NCBI GenBank assembly: GCA_041651155.1
Contig: JBAZJU010000001.1
Span: forward strand, 91,932 to 155,931
Direction: 5' to 3'
DNA from: Patescibacteria group bacterium
GTDB lineage: Bacteria > Patescibacteriota > Patescibacteriia > CAIXNZ01
Length of the DNA stretch: 64,000 nucleotides
Below are positions 39,202-47,458 of this stretch, piece by piece (within the stretch, counting starts at the first letter, position 1; the number at the start of each line of letters is the position of its first letter). The notes under the pieces were generated by a model that was not told the origin of the DNA, ran no database searches, and saw only the letters and a list, made by a program, of their open reading frames with translations. Both the position numbers and the translations under genes were made by a program.

Positions 39202-39933
39202 ATGTCAGAGCAAACAAATAAATTATTTGATAAATATTTGTCCACTAGTTTTTTTGAAACCAATCAACTAGAGGCAAGCTTGGATAATATTAAGCATATT
39301 GCCTCAACTTATGATTGGAATTATAAAAAGATAATTCCGGCTGATAAAAATAGCAAAATTTTAGACATTGGCTGCGGCTTAGGTCAATTTTTATATTGGT
39401 TAAAAAATAATGGCTATAATAATTATTTGGGAGTAGACTTAAGCCAGGAAATGCTGGATTTTTGCAAGGCCAATGTAACCGGCCAGGTTTTAAAGATAAG
39501 TTCCATGACTGAATTTTTGGCTGACAAAAAAGATCAATATGATCTTATTGTTTTAAATGACGTGATTGAACATCTGCCCAAAACTGAAATTATTAATGAT
39601 TTGGCACTAATTAAATCAGCTTTAAAACAAGGCGGCATGTTAATTGTGAAAACAAATAATTTGGCTGCCATCACCGGCCCCAGATTGCGCTATGAAGATT
39701 TTACCCACGAAGTCGGCCTGACTGAACATAGTTTAATGCAAGTTTTACTGCTTGCTGGCTACAAACAGGTGGAGATTCGAGCTTTTGCCATGCCCAGAAC
39801 AAGCATCTTGCGCTGGATTAGATTTATTGTCCAGACGATTTTACACCAGCTGTGGCGTTCAATGTTCTTTTGGGAATTTACCCTTGTGCCAAAGATTGTT
39901 GATGAATTAATCTTTGCCGTAGCCAAAAAATAA
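39202..39933 (+). CDS. Class I SAM-dependent methyltransferase
   Basis: Motif I ILDIGCGLGQF and an acidic post-I residue in VDLSQEM. Confidence 0.7.
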   Translation: MSEQTNKLFDKYLSTSFFETNQLEASLDNIKHIASTYDWNYKKIIPADKNSKILDIGCGLGQFLYWLKNNGYNNYLGVDLSQEMLDFCKANVTGQVLKISSMTEFLADKKDQYDLIVLNDVIEHLPKTEIINDLALIKSALKQGGMLIVKTNNLAAITGPRLRYEDFTHEVGLTEHSLMQVLLLAGYKQVEIRAFAMPRTSILRWIRFIVQTILHQLWRSMFFWEFTLVPKIVDELIFAVAKK

Positions 39934-39942
39934 ATTTTAAAT

Positions 39943-41166
39943 ATGAAGATACTTATGATTAATAAATTTTTTTACAGAAAAGGCGGTTCAGAAGCCTATA
40001 TGTTTGATTTGCTTGAACTTTTAAAAAAAGCCGGCCACGAAGTTGTTGAATTTTCCATGAAAGATGAGAAAAACCAGGCTTCAAAATACTCTGATTTTTT
40101 TATTGATAAAATTGATTTTAACAAAAGGCAGGGTTTTTTAGAGGATTTGAAAAAAGCAGGCCATTTAATTTATTCGTTTGAAGCGAAGAGAAAATTAGAG
40201 GCTTTAATAAAAAAAGCCAAGCCAGATATTGCGCATCTGCATAATTTTAGCTTTCAGCTCACACCTTCTATTTTGCAGACTTTGAAAAAATATAACATTC
40301 CAATTGTTTGGACAATGCACGATTATAAATTAATTTGCCCTAATTACCGCTTATTTACCCAAGGGTCAGTCTGCGAACGCTGCAAAGTCCATAAATATTA
40401 CAATTGCTGGAAGTATAAATGCATTAAAAACAATTCAGGCATGAGCTTTTTAGCAATGCTGGAAATGTATTTGCATAAGCTGATTTTAAGAAGTTATGAA
40501 AAAATTGATTGTTTTATTGCGCCCAGCAAATTTTTAGAGGCTAAAGTTTTAGATTGGGGGATTAATGAAGCCAAAGTTAAACAGTTATACCACTTGCTTG
40601 ATCTTGAGAAATTGAACGTTAATCCTGAAATAGGCGAGGGCTTGCTCTATTTTGGCCGTTTAGCTGAAGAAAAAGGCTTAAAGATTTTGCTGGAGGCAAT
40701 GAAGGACTTGCCAAACATAAAATTAAAAATAGTTGGCGCGGGGCCGCAAAAACAAGAATTACAAAACTATATTGCGGGCAATAATTTAAATAATGTAGAA
40801 ATAGTCAGCCACAAAACAGGATCTGAGCTTTATGATTTAATTAAAAATGCCAGATTAGTGGTGGTACCTTCAATCTGGTATGAGAATAATCCAATTTCTA
40901 TTTTAGAAGCCTTTGCTTTTGGCAAGCCGGTGATTGGCTCAAATTTAGGCGGAATCCCGGAATTAGTCAGAGAAAATAAAACCGGCTTTTTATTTACTGC
41001 CGGAAATAGCCGTGAATTAAAAAATAAAATTGCCCAAAATTATAATAAGGCTGAAGAATTAAAAATATGGGGCGCTAATGCGCGCCAGCTTGTTGCCTCT
41101 ATTTCTAATCCCGCAGATCATTTGCAGTCTTTGCTGGATTTATATCAAAAGCTAATAAAAAAATAA
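39943..41166 (+). CDS. Glycosyltransferase family 4 (GT-B, Glycos_transf_1)
   Basis: GT4 C-terminal E..G..[IV]EA-type signature (LEAFAFGKPVIGSNLGGIPELV). Confidence 0.75.
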   Translation: MKILMINKFFYRKGGSEAYMFDLLELLKKAGHEVVEFSMKDEKNQASKYSDFFIDKIDFNKRQGFLEDLKKAGHLIYSFEAKRKLEALIKKAKPDIAHLHNFSFQLTPSILQTLKKYNIPIVWTMHDYKLICPNYRLFTQGSVCERCKVHKYYNCWKYKCIKNNSGMSFLAMLEMYLHKLILRSYEKIDCFIAPSKFLEAKVLDWGINEAKVKQLYHLLDLEKLNVNPEIGEGLLYFGRLAEEKGLKILLEAMKDLPNIKLKIVGAGPQKQELQNYIAGNNLNNVEIVSHKTGSELYDLIKNARLVVVPSIWYENNPISILEAFAFGKPVIGSNLGGIPELVRENKTGFLFTAGNSRELKNKIAQNYNKAEELKIWGANARQLVASISNPADHLQSLLDLYQKLIKK

Positions 41167-41167
41167 T

Positions 41168-42406
41168 ATGGCTAAGGCTCAAGCAAAAAAAATTTTATTA
41201 TTAACCGGGATTTTTTATCCTGATGTTTTTGGCGGCAGCGGCAAACTCGTTTATTATCATGCCAAAGAATTAGTTAGGCAAGGTTTTGCTGTTACGGTTT
41301 TAACCAGGAAATATAAAGAAGAATTTCCTAGCCATGAAAATTTAGAGGGTATTGAGATTTATCGCTATGAATCCAAATTAAATAAAATCTGGGGAAAAAG
41401 CCTGACTGATATTTTTGTTTTGCCAAAAATTATTAAAAAATTCTGTCAAAATACTAATTTTGATCTGGCTATGTTCTATGATGAATTCCAGGTCAATGCT
41501 TTTGTAAAAGCAAAAGTTAATTTACCGGCAATTTACGTTTTTTTGGCCAGTTATGCCCAGGAGCTTGCGCTGGAAGGTTTGGAACGTAAAACAGGCATTA
41601 AGTTTATTGATGGCTTAATTAAAAATATTTGGGTAAAAATTTTAAATAAGATTGAAATAAATAATTTAAAAATTGCGAATAAGATCGTAGTCTTAAGCGA
41701 GTTTTCTAAAAAAATAATACTAGAGATATTGCCTCAAATTGATAAGCAAAAAATAAAGATTATCCCAGGAGGAGTTGACCTGGGCTTGTTTACCGCGCCT
41801 AAAGATAAAAATTTTTTAAAAACAGAATTAAATTTACCTTTAAATAAACTGGTGATTTTAACAGTCAGACGCCTGGTTGGCAGGACAGGAGTGGATAATT
41901 TAATTGCCGCAGTTTCGCAATTAAAGAAAGTATATCCAGATTTTGTGCTTTTGATTATTGGCAGCGGATTTTTGGCTGCCAAGCTTAAAACCATGGTTGC
42001 AGAATTAAATTTACAGGCTAATGTTAAGTTCTTAGGCTTTATTAAAGAAAATGATCTAGTTAAATATTATCAAGCCGCTGATTTATTTGTTTTGCCTACT
42101 TTAGCTTATGAAGGTTTTGGCCTGGCAACATTGGAAGCGCTGGCCTGCGGAACACCTGTTTTGGGCACACCTGTTGGCGCTACGCCTGAAATTCTAAGTA
42201 AAATAAACAAATCCTATATTTTAGCTGGCAATGAACCCGAGGCTATTTTTCAGGGAATTAATAATTTTATCAAACAAAAAGACAAACCTGAAAATTATAA
42301 TTTAAGCCAGCAATTGCGGCAATTTGTAATAAAGAACTATAGCTGGACTAAATCAGGCCAAAGTTTAAAAGAAGAAATTGCTACTTTGCTAGGATTGACA
42401 TTTTAG
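41168..42406 (+). CDS. glycosyltransferase family 4
   Basis: EGFGLATLEALACGTPVLGTPVGATPE. It is separated from the upstream gene by 1 nt. Confidence 0.75.
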   Translation: MAKAQAKKILLLTGIFYPDVFGGSGKLVYYHAKELVRQGFAVTVLTRKYKEEFPSHENLEGIEIYRYESKLNKIWGKSLTDIFVLPKIIKKFCQNTNFDLAMFYDEFQVNAFVKAKVNLPAIYVFLASYAQELALEGLERKTGIKFIDGLIKNIWVKILNKIEINNLKIANKIVVLSEFSKKIILEILPQIDKQKIKIIPGGVDLGLFTAPKDKNFLKTELNLPLNKLVILTVRRLVGRTGVDNLIAAVSQLKKVYPDFVLLIIGSGFLAAKLKTMVAELNLQANVKFLGFIKENDLVKYYQAADLFVLPTLAYEGFGLATLEALACGTPVLGTPVGATPEILSKINKSYILAGNEPEAIFQGINNFIKQKDKPENYNLSQQLRQFVIKNYSWTKSGQSLKEEIATLLGLTF

Positions 42407-42464
42407 TAGCTTGCTGTTAATTTCAAGGCAGAATACTAGAAAAAATATTTACTAAATACTTTAG

Positions 42465-42488
42465 CAGGGGAGAAAGCTCCCTTTTTTA
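42465..42488 (+). terminator. rho-independent terminator (ggggag-aaag-ctccc plus T6)
   Basis: cagggggagaaagctcccttttttatt. Confidence 0.6.
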
Positions 42489-42544
42489 TTATGTTATTTT
42501 TTATCTAAAGTTAGCTCTGAAATTGAATTATATCGGTTTTATCC

Positions 42545-42573
42545 TTGACAAAGAAGATTAATTATGCTATTAT
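42545..42573 (+). promoter_or_regulatory. sigma70-type promoter TTGACA-N17-TATTAT
   Basis: Exact -35, 17-nt spacer. Confidence 0.55.
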
Positions 42574-42643
42574 TTATTATTAACATGATTATCAATGATT
42601 TTGTTAAATTGTATGAACCAAGTAGGCAAACAATTAAGCAAAA

Positions 42644-43828
42644 ATGGTAATAAATTTAAATAACAGTGTATATATTATGAAAATTTACTTTATCGGACAA
42701 AAAGGCATCCCAGCCATCTATGGCGGCGTGGAAAGCCATGTGCAAGAATTAGCAACTCGTTTAGCCAAAGAAGGCCACGAGGTTTTTGTCTATGTCCGAA
42801 ATTATTATACTCCTAAAGATTTAAACGAATTTAAAGGCGTGAAATTGATTCATTTGCCTAGCATCAAGACTAAGCATTTAGATGCTATTTCTCATACTTT
42901 ATTGGCTAGTTTGGATGTTTTAAGAAGGGATGCTGATATTATTCATTATCATGCCATTGGCCCTTCAAGTTTGCTGTGGATTCCCAAATTATTCAAAAAG
43001 CAGGCTAAAGTCATTTCCACTTTTCATTCTGATGATCGCAAGCATAAAAAGTGGGGTTTAATTGCCCGCAAATTTTTAGCCTTAGGCGCATATATTTCTG
43101 TCAGATGGCCTGATAAAACAATTGCTGTTTCTAAATATCAGAGTAAAACTCATGGCTTTGAATTTAATGGCGAATTAGAATATATTCCTAATGGCGTGCC
43201 AACCTTTACTCAAGTCAATCCCCAATTAATTACTGAAAAATGGGGATTGCAAGGCAATGACTATATTTTGGCTGTGTCTCGCTTGATTAAGCACAAAGGC
43301 TTGCATTATTTGATCAGAGCTTATTCTATTTTGAAAAATGTTGATAAAAAGCTCGTGATTGTTGGTGAGGCAAATTATACTGATAATTATGTGCAATATT
43401 TAAAGAATTTAGCTGGGGATAATAAGAATATAATTTTTACCGGCAATCAGACCAGCCAGACTTTGGCTGAATTATATTCTAATGCCTATTTATTTGTGCA
43501 GCCATCTGAAGCTGAAGGCTTATCCATTGCTTTACTTGAAGCAATGTCTTATGGCAAGGCTGTGATCTGCAGTGATATTGAACCTAATAAAGAAGCAGTA
43601 TCTGATCTGGCCTTAACTTTTAGAAATAAAAGCATTAGCGATTTAAGCCAGAAATTAAGATACTTATTGAATCATCCTGAAATAGTGAATACCATGGGCG
43701 TTAAATTGCAGGAACGAGCCCTGGTTGAATATAATTGGGATAATATTGCCAAAAGAACCATTGCGCTTTATGAAGCAGCGCGTTCTGAAGAAATGGCAAG
43801 CAAAGCAGTCCAAATTGTTGAAGCTTAA
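42644..43828 (+). CDS. Glycosyltransferase family 4; likely true start at M12 (42677)
   Basis: EGLSIALLEAMSYGKAVICSDI. Confidence 0.75.
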   Translation: MVINLNNSVYIMKIYFIGQKGIPAIYGGVESHVQELATRLAKEGHEVFVYVRNYYTPKDLNEFKGVKLIHLPSIKTKHLDAISHTLLASLDVLRRDADIIHYHAIGPSSLLWIPKLFKKQAKVISTFHSDDRKHKKWGLIARKFLALGAYISVRWPDKTIAVSKYQSKTHGFEFNGELEYIPNGVPTFTQVNPQLITEKWGLQGNDYILAVSRLIKHKGLHYLIRAYSILKNVDKKLVIVGEANYTDNYVQYLKNLAGDNKNIIFTGNQTSQTLAELYSNAYLFVQPSEAEGLSIALLEAMSYGKAVICSDIEPNKEAVSDLALTFRNKSISDLSQKLRYLLNHPEIVNTMGVKLQERALVEYNWDNIAKRTIALYEAARSEEMASKAVQIVEA

Positions 43829-43836
43829 TAATAATA

Positions 43837-43869
43837 CTTATATAATAAAAAACGTTCTTCTTCGGAAGA
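43837..43869. terminator. Bidirectional terminator (aacgttcttc-ttcg-gaagagcgtt)
   Basis: A 10-bp stem with one mismatch, flanked by an A-run and a T-run. Confidence 0.6.
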
Positions 43870-43980
43870 GCGTTTTTTAATTTTTAATTACTAATTTTTA
43901 ATTTTAAATCAATGATGAAATGAGATGAAATGATAAAATAAAATTTTTAATAAAACTGGGTATATTAGGTCACAAGGATT

Positions 43981-44265
43981 TCAGGGTCTATCTGATTTAA
44001 TGATTTGGGGGTTTGGGCTGTAATGTTTGTTATTGATCTTCCATTTATCCACATATTGGCCAATGCCTTTTTGATTGGTTTTATTCCTGACAGTGGGCTT
44101 TTTTTGCGACCATTTGAGCAAGCTCTCAAAGTTAAGCTTATAACGTCCACGTACGACAATATAGCGCAATTCCTGGCTTTTAAGCGCGCGCCTGATTGTT
44201 TTTGGATCAATGCCAAAGAGTTTGGCAGCCTCAGATATTGAAAGGCGGATTATATTTGGTTCCAT
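43981..44265 (-). CDS. Excisionase/MerR-like HTH_17 DNA-binding protein
   Basis: LSISEAAKLFGIDPKTIRRALKS helix-turn-helix. Basic C-terminal tail. It is antisense to the surrounding cluster. Confidence 0.55.
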   Translation of the reverse strand: MEPNIIRLSISEAAKLFGIDPKTIRRALKSQELRYIVVRGRYKLNFESLLKWSQKKPTVRNKTNQKGIGQYVDKWKINNKHYSPNPQIIKSDRP

Positions 44266-44280
44266 ATGGTTATAACTTAT

Positions 44281-44302
44281 TTGTCCACGATAATGTGGAC
44301 AA
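44281..44302. promoter_or_regulatory. Perfect palindrome TTGTCCAC-N6-GTGGACAA just upstream of the HTH gene; candidate operator
   Basis: ttgtccacgataatgtggacaa lies 16 nt upstream of the - strand start codon. A 13-bp GC hairpin (aggttcggcctcc/ggaggccgaacct) lies further upstream at 44352-44385. Confidence 0.5.
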
Positions 44303-44543
44303 AGTTAGTATATCAGGAACTCTTGATTTTAGCAAGTGTAGAGTAATTAGAGGTTCGGCCTCCAATTTGGAGGCCGAACCTCTTTGCGTTTACGAAAGGT
44401 CGCGGATGTACAATTTAGTGTTATTTCGTGTCAATTTTTCGTGGTTCAGCTCCATTTGAACAAAAATTTGATTCATGCTAAAATGCTAATATCTCCAAGA
44501 TGTTATATTGCTGTGTAACATTTTTTTAATTCAAACGTCTTAT

Positions 44544-45113
44544 AAAATGCCTACCAATATCTTTAAAGAAAAATATCTATTATTCCGGGCGAAAAACAAG
44601 GATTCAGAAGCATTTGCCCGCGTGTACGATTTTTATGTGGATAGGATCTACCGCTTTGTTTTTTTTAAAATAAATCGGCCAGATGAAGCTCAGGATATTA
44701 CTTCTGAAGTTTTTTTAAAAACCTGGCAATATATTATTGATGGCAAAAAGATCAATAATTTAAATGCGCTATTTTACAAAATCGCCAGGAATTTAGTAAT
44801 TGACCATTATCGCAAGGCCAGCGCTCAGGATGTGTCGCTGGAGAATATAAAAGCAGATGCGGAGGAAATAAAAGAACTTGCTGATGAGCAAATAAATAAA
44901 ATTGATAAAAAGATACAGGTTGAAAAAATAGAAGAAAAATTAAGAGGGTTAAAAGATGATTATCGCGAAATAATAATTTTAAGATATATTGAAGACTTAT
45001 CAATCGGCCAGATCGCGGAAATAGTGGAAAAGAAAAAAGGCGCGGTGCGGGTTATTTTATATAGGGCGCTGAATGCTTTGAAAGACCTAATGGGTGAAGC
45101 TGATAAAAAATAA
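44544..45113 (+). CDS. ECF-type RNA polymerase sigma factor (sigma-70 family, regions 2 and 4)
   Basis: Region 2 YRFVFFKI..DEAQDITSEVFLKTW and LVIDHYRK. Region 4 LSIGQIAEIVEKKKGAVRVILYRALNALK. The ORF track starts at 44508. Confidence 0.8.
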   Translation, partial: KMPTNIFKEKYLLFRAKNKDSEAFARVYDFYVDRIYRFVFFKINRPDEAQDITSEVFLKTWQYIIDGKKINNLNALFYKIARNLVIDHYRKASAQDVSLENIKADAEEIKELADEQINKIDKKIQVEKIEEKLRGLKDDYREIIILRYIEDLSIGQIAEIVEKKKGAVRVILYRALNALKDLMGEADKK

Positions 45114-46470
45114 AATTTACAACTCAAATAAAACAATGAAGAAACGCGACCTTCTCAAACAAATTAATAATTTGAAAAAAACAATTAAGCCTGATTCAGC
45201 CTGGCAAAAGGCAAATCGGGAGATTTTGCTGTCTCAAATCAAATCCCAGACCAGCGCAGAATTTTCTTATAGCCACAAAATAATGCTGCAGAATTTATTT
45301 CTGGCTGTTTATAAGCCGGTTGGCAGCATGATTTTAATTTGCAGCGTTTTATTCGGCGCCTGGATTGCCAGCGTGGGGGCGACTAAAAACAGCCAGCCGG
45401 GCGATTTATTATACGGCTTGAAATTAACCGCAGAAAGAATGCAGGTTAATTTGACTATGAATGATGAAAAACGTACTAATTTAGAAATCGCTTTTGCTGA
45501 AAGAAGGTTAGATGAAATCAAGCAGACTACTGCCAAAGACGGTTCAAACAAAAACAAGAAGAATCTGGAAGTAACCCTGAAAAATTTTCAGGAAAGCATA
45601 AATAATGTCAAAAGCAATCTGGCCAAATTAGAAGCGACTGATAAGCAGGCTGCTTTGAAAGTTGCTGATTTAATTGATGAAAAGACCAAGTCTTATGTCG
45701 GGATATTAAAAGATCAACAAGATCAAAATCCGCAATTTGTGGCGAGTGAAAACGCTGAACAGGCTATTTCAGATTCCAAAGCAACAGGCAATAAAGCTTT
45801 AAGCGTGATTTTGGAAGAGTTTGAAGCCGGCAATAGCGGCTTGAAAGTTGATGATTTAAGGCAAAAAATTAATACCAGAATTGATGATTTGGATAAAAAC
45901 ATAGAATCAGCCAAAAGTGATATCCCCCTGATTATTGAGAATAAGAAAATAGCTGATGAAGCGGCCGCTGCCAAAGCTCTGGCGGATAAAGAAGCTGCCA
46001 AAAAAGCCGAGGAAGAAGCCGCCGCTAAGGTTTTGGCGGATAAAGAAGCCTTGGCGAAAACGGAGCTAAGCTCCGACGCTTCGGAGCTTAGCTCCGTTCA
46101 GGAAGTTGCTAATACCAATACTAATACATCACCAGAACCGGTTAAAGAAGCCCAGCCAGAATTACAGAACACTAATAGTTCAGCTGAAATCAAGCAAGAT
46201 GAGCAAATAGTTAGCCAGCCTGAAGAGGTTTTGCCAACGATTGATGAGATTAAAAATAAGCCTGCAGAAGCCGCAGCCTTATTGGTCAGAGCGCGTGATT
46301 ATGTAAAAAGCGGTTCTGTGAGCCAGGCTTTTGATCTGGTAAAACAGGCTGATGACATTATGACTTTGGTCAATAAAGTGATTAAGGCAAATAGTGTTTA
46401 TTTAGAAGCACCGGAAGAAGTGAAGGTAGGTGAACCGGTTGATGTAATGACGAACCTTCGTTTGCAGTAG
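45094..46470 (+). CDS. Putative anti-sigma factor (single-pass membrane, coiled-coil, Ala/Lys/Glu-rich)
   Basis: It overlaps the sigma gene by 20 nt, suggesting translational coupling. A TM helix lies at about residue 76-96. The periplasmic part is helical and low-complexity. Confidence 0.45.
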   Translation: MKLIKNKIYNSNKTMKKRDLLKQINNLKKTIKPDSAWQKANREILLSQIKSQTSAEFSYSHKIMLQNLFLAVYKPVGSMILICSVLFGAWIASVGATKNSQPGDLLYGLKLTAERMQVNLTMNDEKRTNLEIAFAERRLDEIKQTTAKDGSNKNKKNLEVTLKNFQESINNVKSNLAKLEATDKQAALKVADLIDEKTKSYVGILKDQQDQNPQFVASENAEQAISDSKATGNKALSVILEEFEAGNSGLKVDDLRQKINTRIDDLDKNIESAKSDIPLIIENKKIADEAAAAKALADKEAAKKAEEEAAAKVLADKEALAKTELSSDASELSSVQEVANTNTNTSPEPVKEAQPELQNTNSSAEIKQDEQIVSQPEEVLPTIDEIKNKPAEAAALLVRARDYVKSGSVSQAFDLVKQADDIMTLVNKVIKANSVYLEAPEEVKVGEPVDVMTNLRLQ

Positions 46471-46492
46471 CAAACTACGGTTTGCGAAGGCA
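46455..46492 (+). repeat. Triple-palindrome element, copy C, overlapping the stop codon of the 45094 gene
   Basis: ccttcgtttgcagtagcaaactacggtttgcgaagg, with an outer ccttcg/cgaagg stem. It is followed by A/C-rich repeats at 46493-46660. Confidence 0.6.
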
Positions 46493-46667
46493 AATGACAA
46501 AGCATCAATAACAAAATAAATTCAAATAATTAAATTTAAATAACAAAACTTGAATAACAAAAAAATAATCAATGACAAAATCTAGATAACCAAAAAATAA
46601 GAAATAAATAAAAATTTCCGCCTCTGGCGGAAAATAATAAAACAAAAATAAAAATTAAAGTAAAAAT

Positions 46668-47009
46668 ATGGATTTTGATTTGGAGGATAGGACATTAAAA
46701 TTTGCGAAAAATTGCCTTGATTTGTGCAAGCAATTGCAGAAGGATGTTATAAGTTTGGAGTTGGTTAAGCAATTTGTGAGAGCGTGCTGTTCAGTCGGGG
46801 CAAATTATAGAGAAGCAAATGACACAATAACTAAAAAGGATTTTTTACATAAAATTGCGATTTGTCGTAGGGAGTCTAAAGAAAGTAAGTATTGGTTGGA
46901 ATTGTTGCTGCACACTAACCCCAATTTTAAACTGCAAATTGAACCTCTGATTGACGAATCCCACCAACTAGCCCGCATCTTTGCCAGCATCGGCGCGAAA
47001 AAGAAGTAG
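46668..47009 (+). CDS. four-helix-bundle protein (TIGR02436)
   Basis: A paralog of the 2957 and 11629 genes. It is flanked by A/C-rich repeats upstream and their inverted T/G-rich copies at 47010-47140. Confidence 0.75.
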   Translation: MDFDLEDRTLKFAKNCLDLCKQLQKDVISLELVKQFVRACCSVGANYREANDTITKKDFLHKIAICRRESKESKYWLELLLHTNPNFKLQIEPLIDESHQLARIFASIGAKKK

Positions 47010-47118
47010 TTTAGTTATTTGATATTAAGTATTAGTTATTTAAATTTTGAGTTTATTTTGGTTATTAAGTATTAGGTATTTGGTATTCTTTTGGTATTTT
47101 ATATTGGTCATTTGGTAT

Positions 47119-47458
47119 TTGATAAAATTTACAATTTAATTAATAATAGCTGGTAAATCGCCAAGGGGATTATGCAGGGTTTCCTTGGCGGTTTATCCGC
47201 TCGTTCTCTGCTTAATTGCAGAGGACACAGCTTTGGATTTTAAAGATCCGAAGCAAGCTAATTAATGCTCTTTGTTTGAAAGCTAGGTTAAAGTATGAAG
47301 ATTAAGGCCTGGATTTCAAAGGGTAAAGGTCGATTTCTGGTTTAACCAGAAGACCTTTTTGGGAACAGGATTACTTTCAAGCCTCTAAGAGGCAAGAAAG
47401 AAACTTAACTTCCTACTCTGGCGATCGGGCAAGGAGTTTAAGAAAGGACAAGTTTAAT
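47119..47458 (+). promoter_or_regulatory. Candidate promoter (TTGATA-N17-AATAAT) plus ~300-nt GC-enriched structured 5' leader of the S-layer-like gene; contains an ECF-like GGAAC-N17-TCTAA motif at 47362-47388
   Basis: Multiple short hairpins (cgccaagg/ccttggcg, ctctgc/gcagag, gcctc/gaggc). No ORF. Long leaders are typical of S-layer genes. Confidence 0.35.

Noticed and set aside
44005-44459. ORFs 44005..44241 and 44196..44459 on the + strand, and 43965..44216 on the - strand
   Set aside because: They overlap the HTH gene and its operator region. They have no motifs and poor starts.
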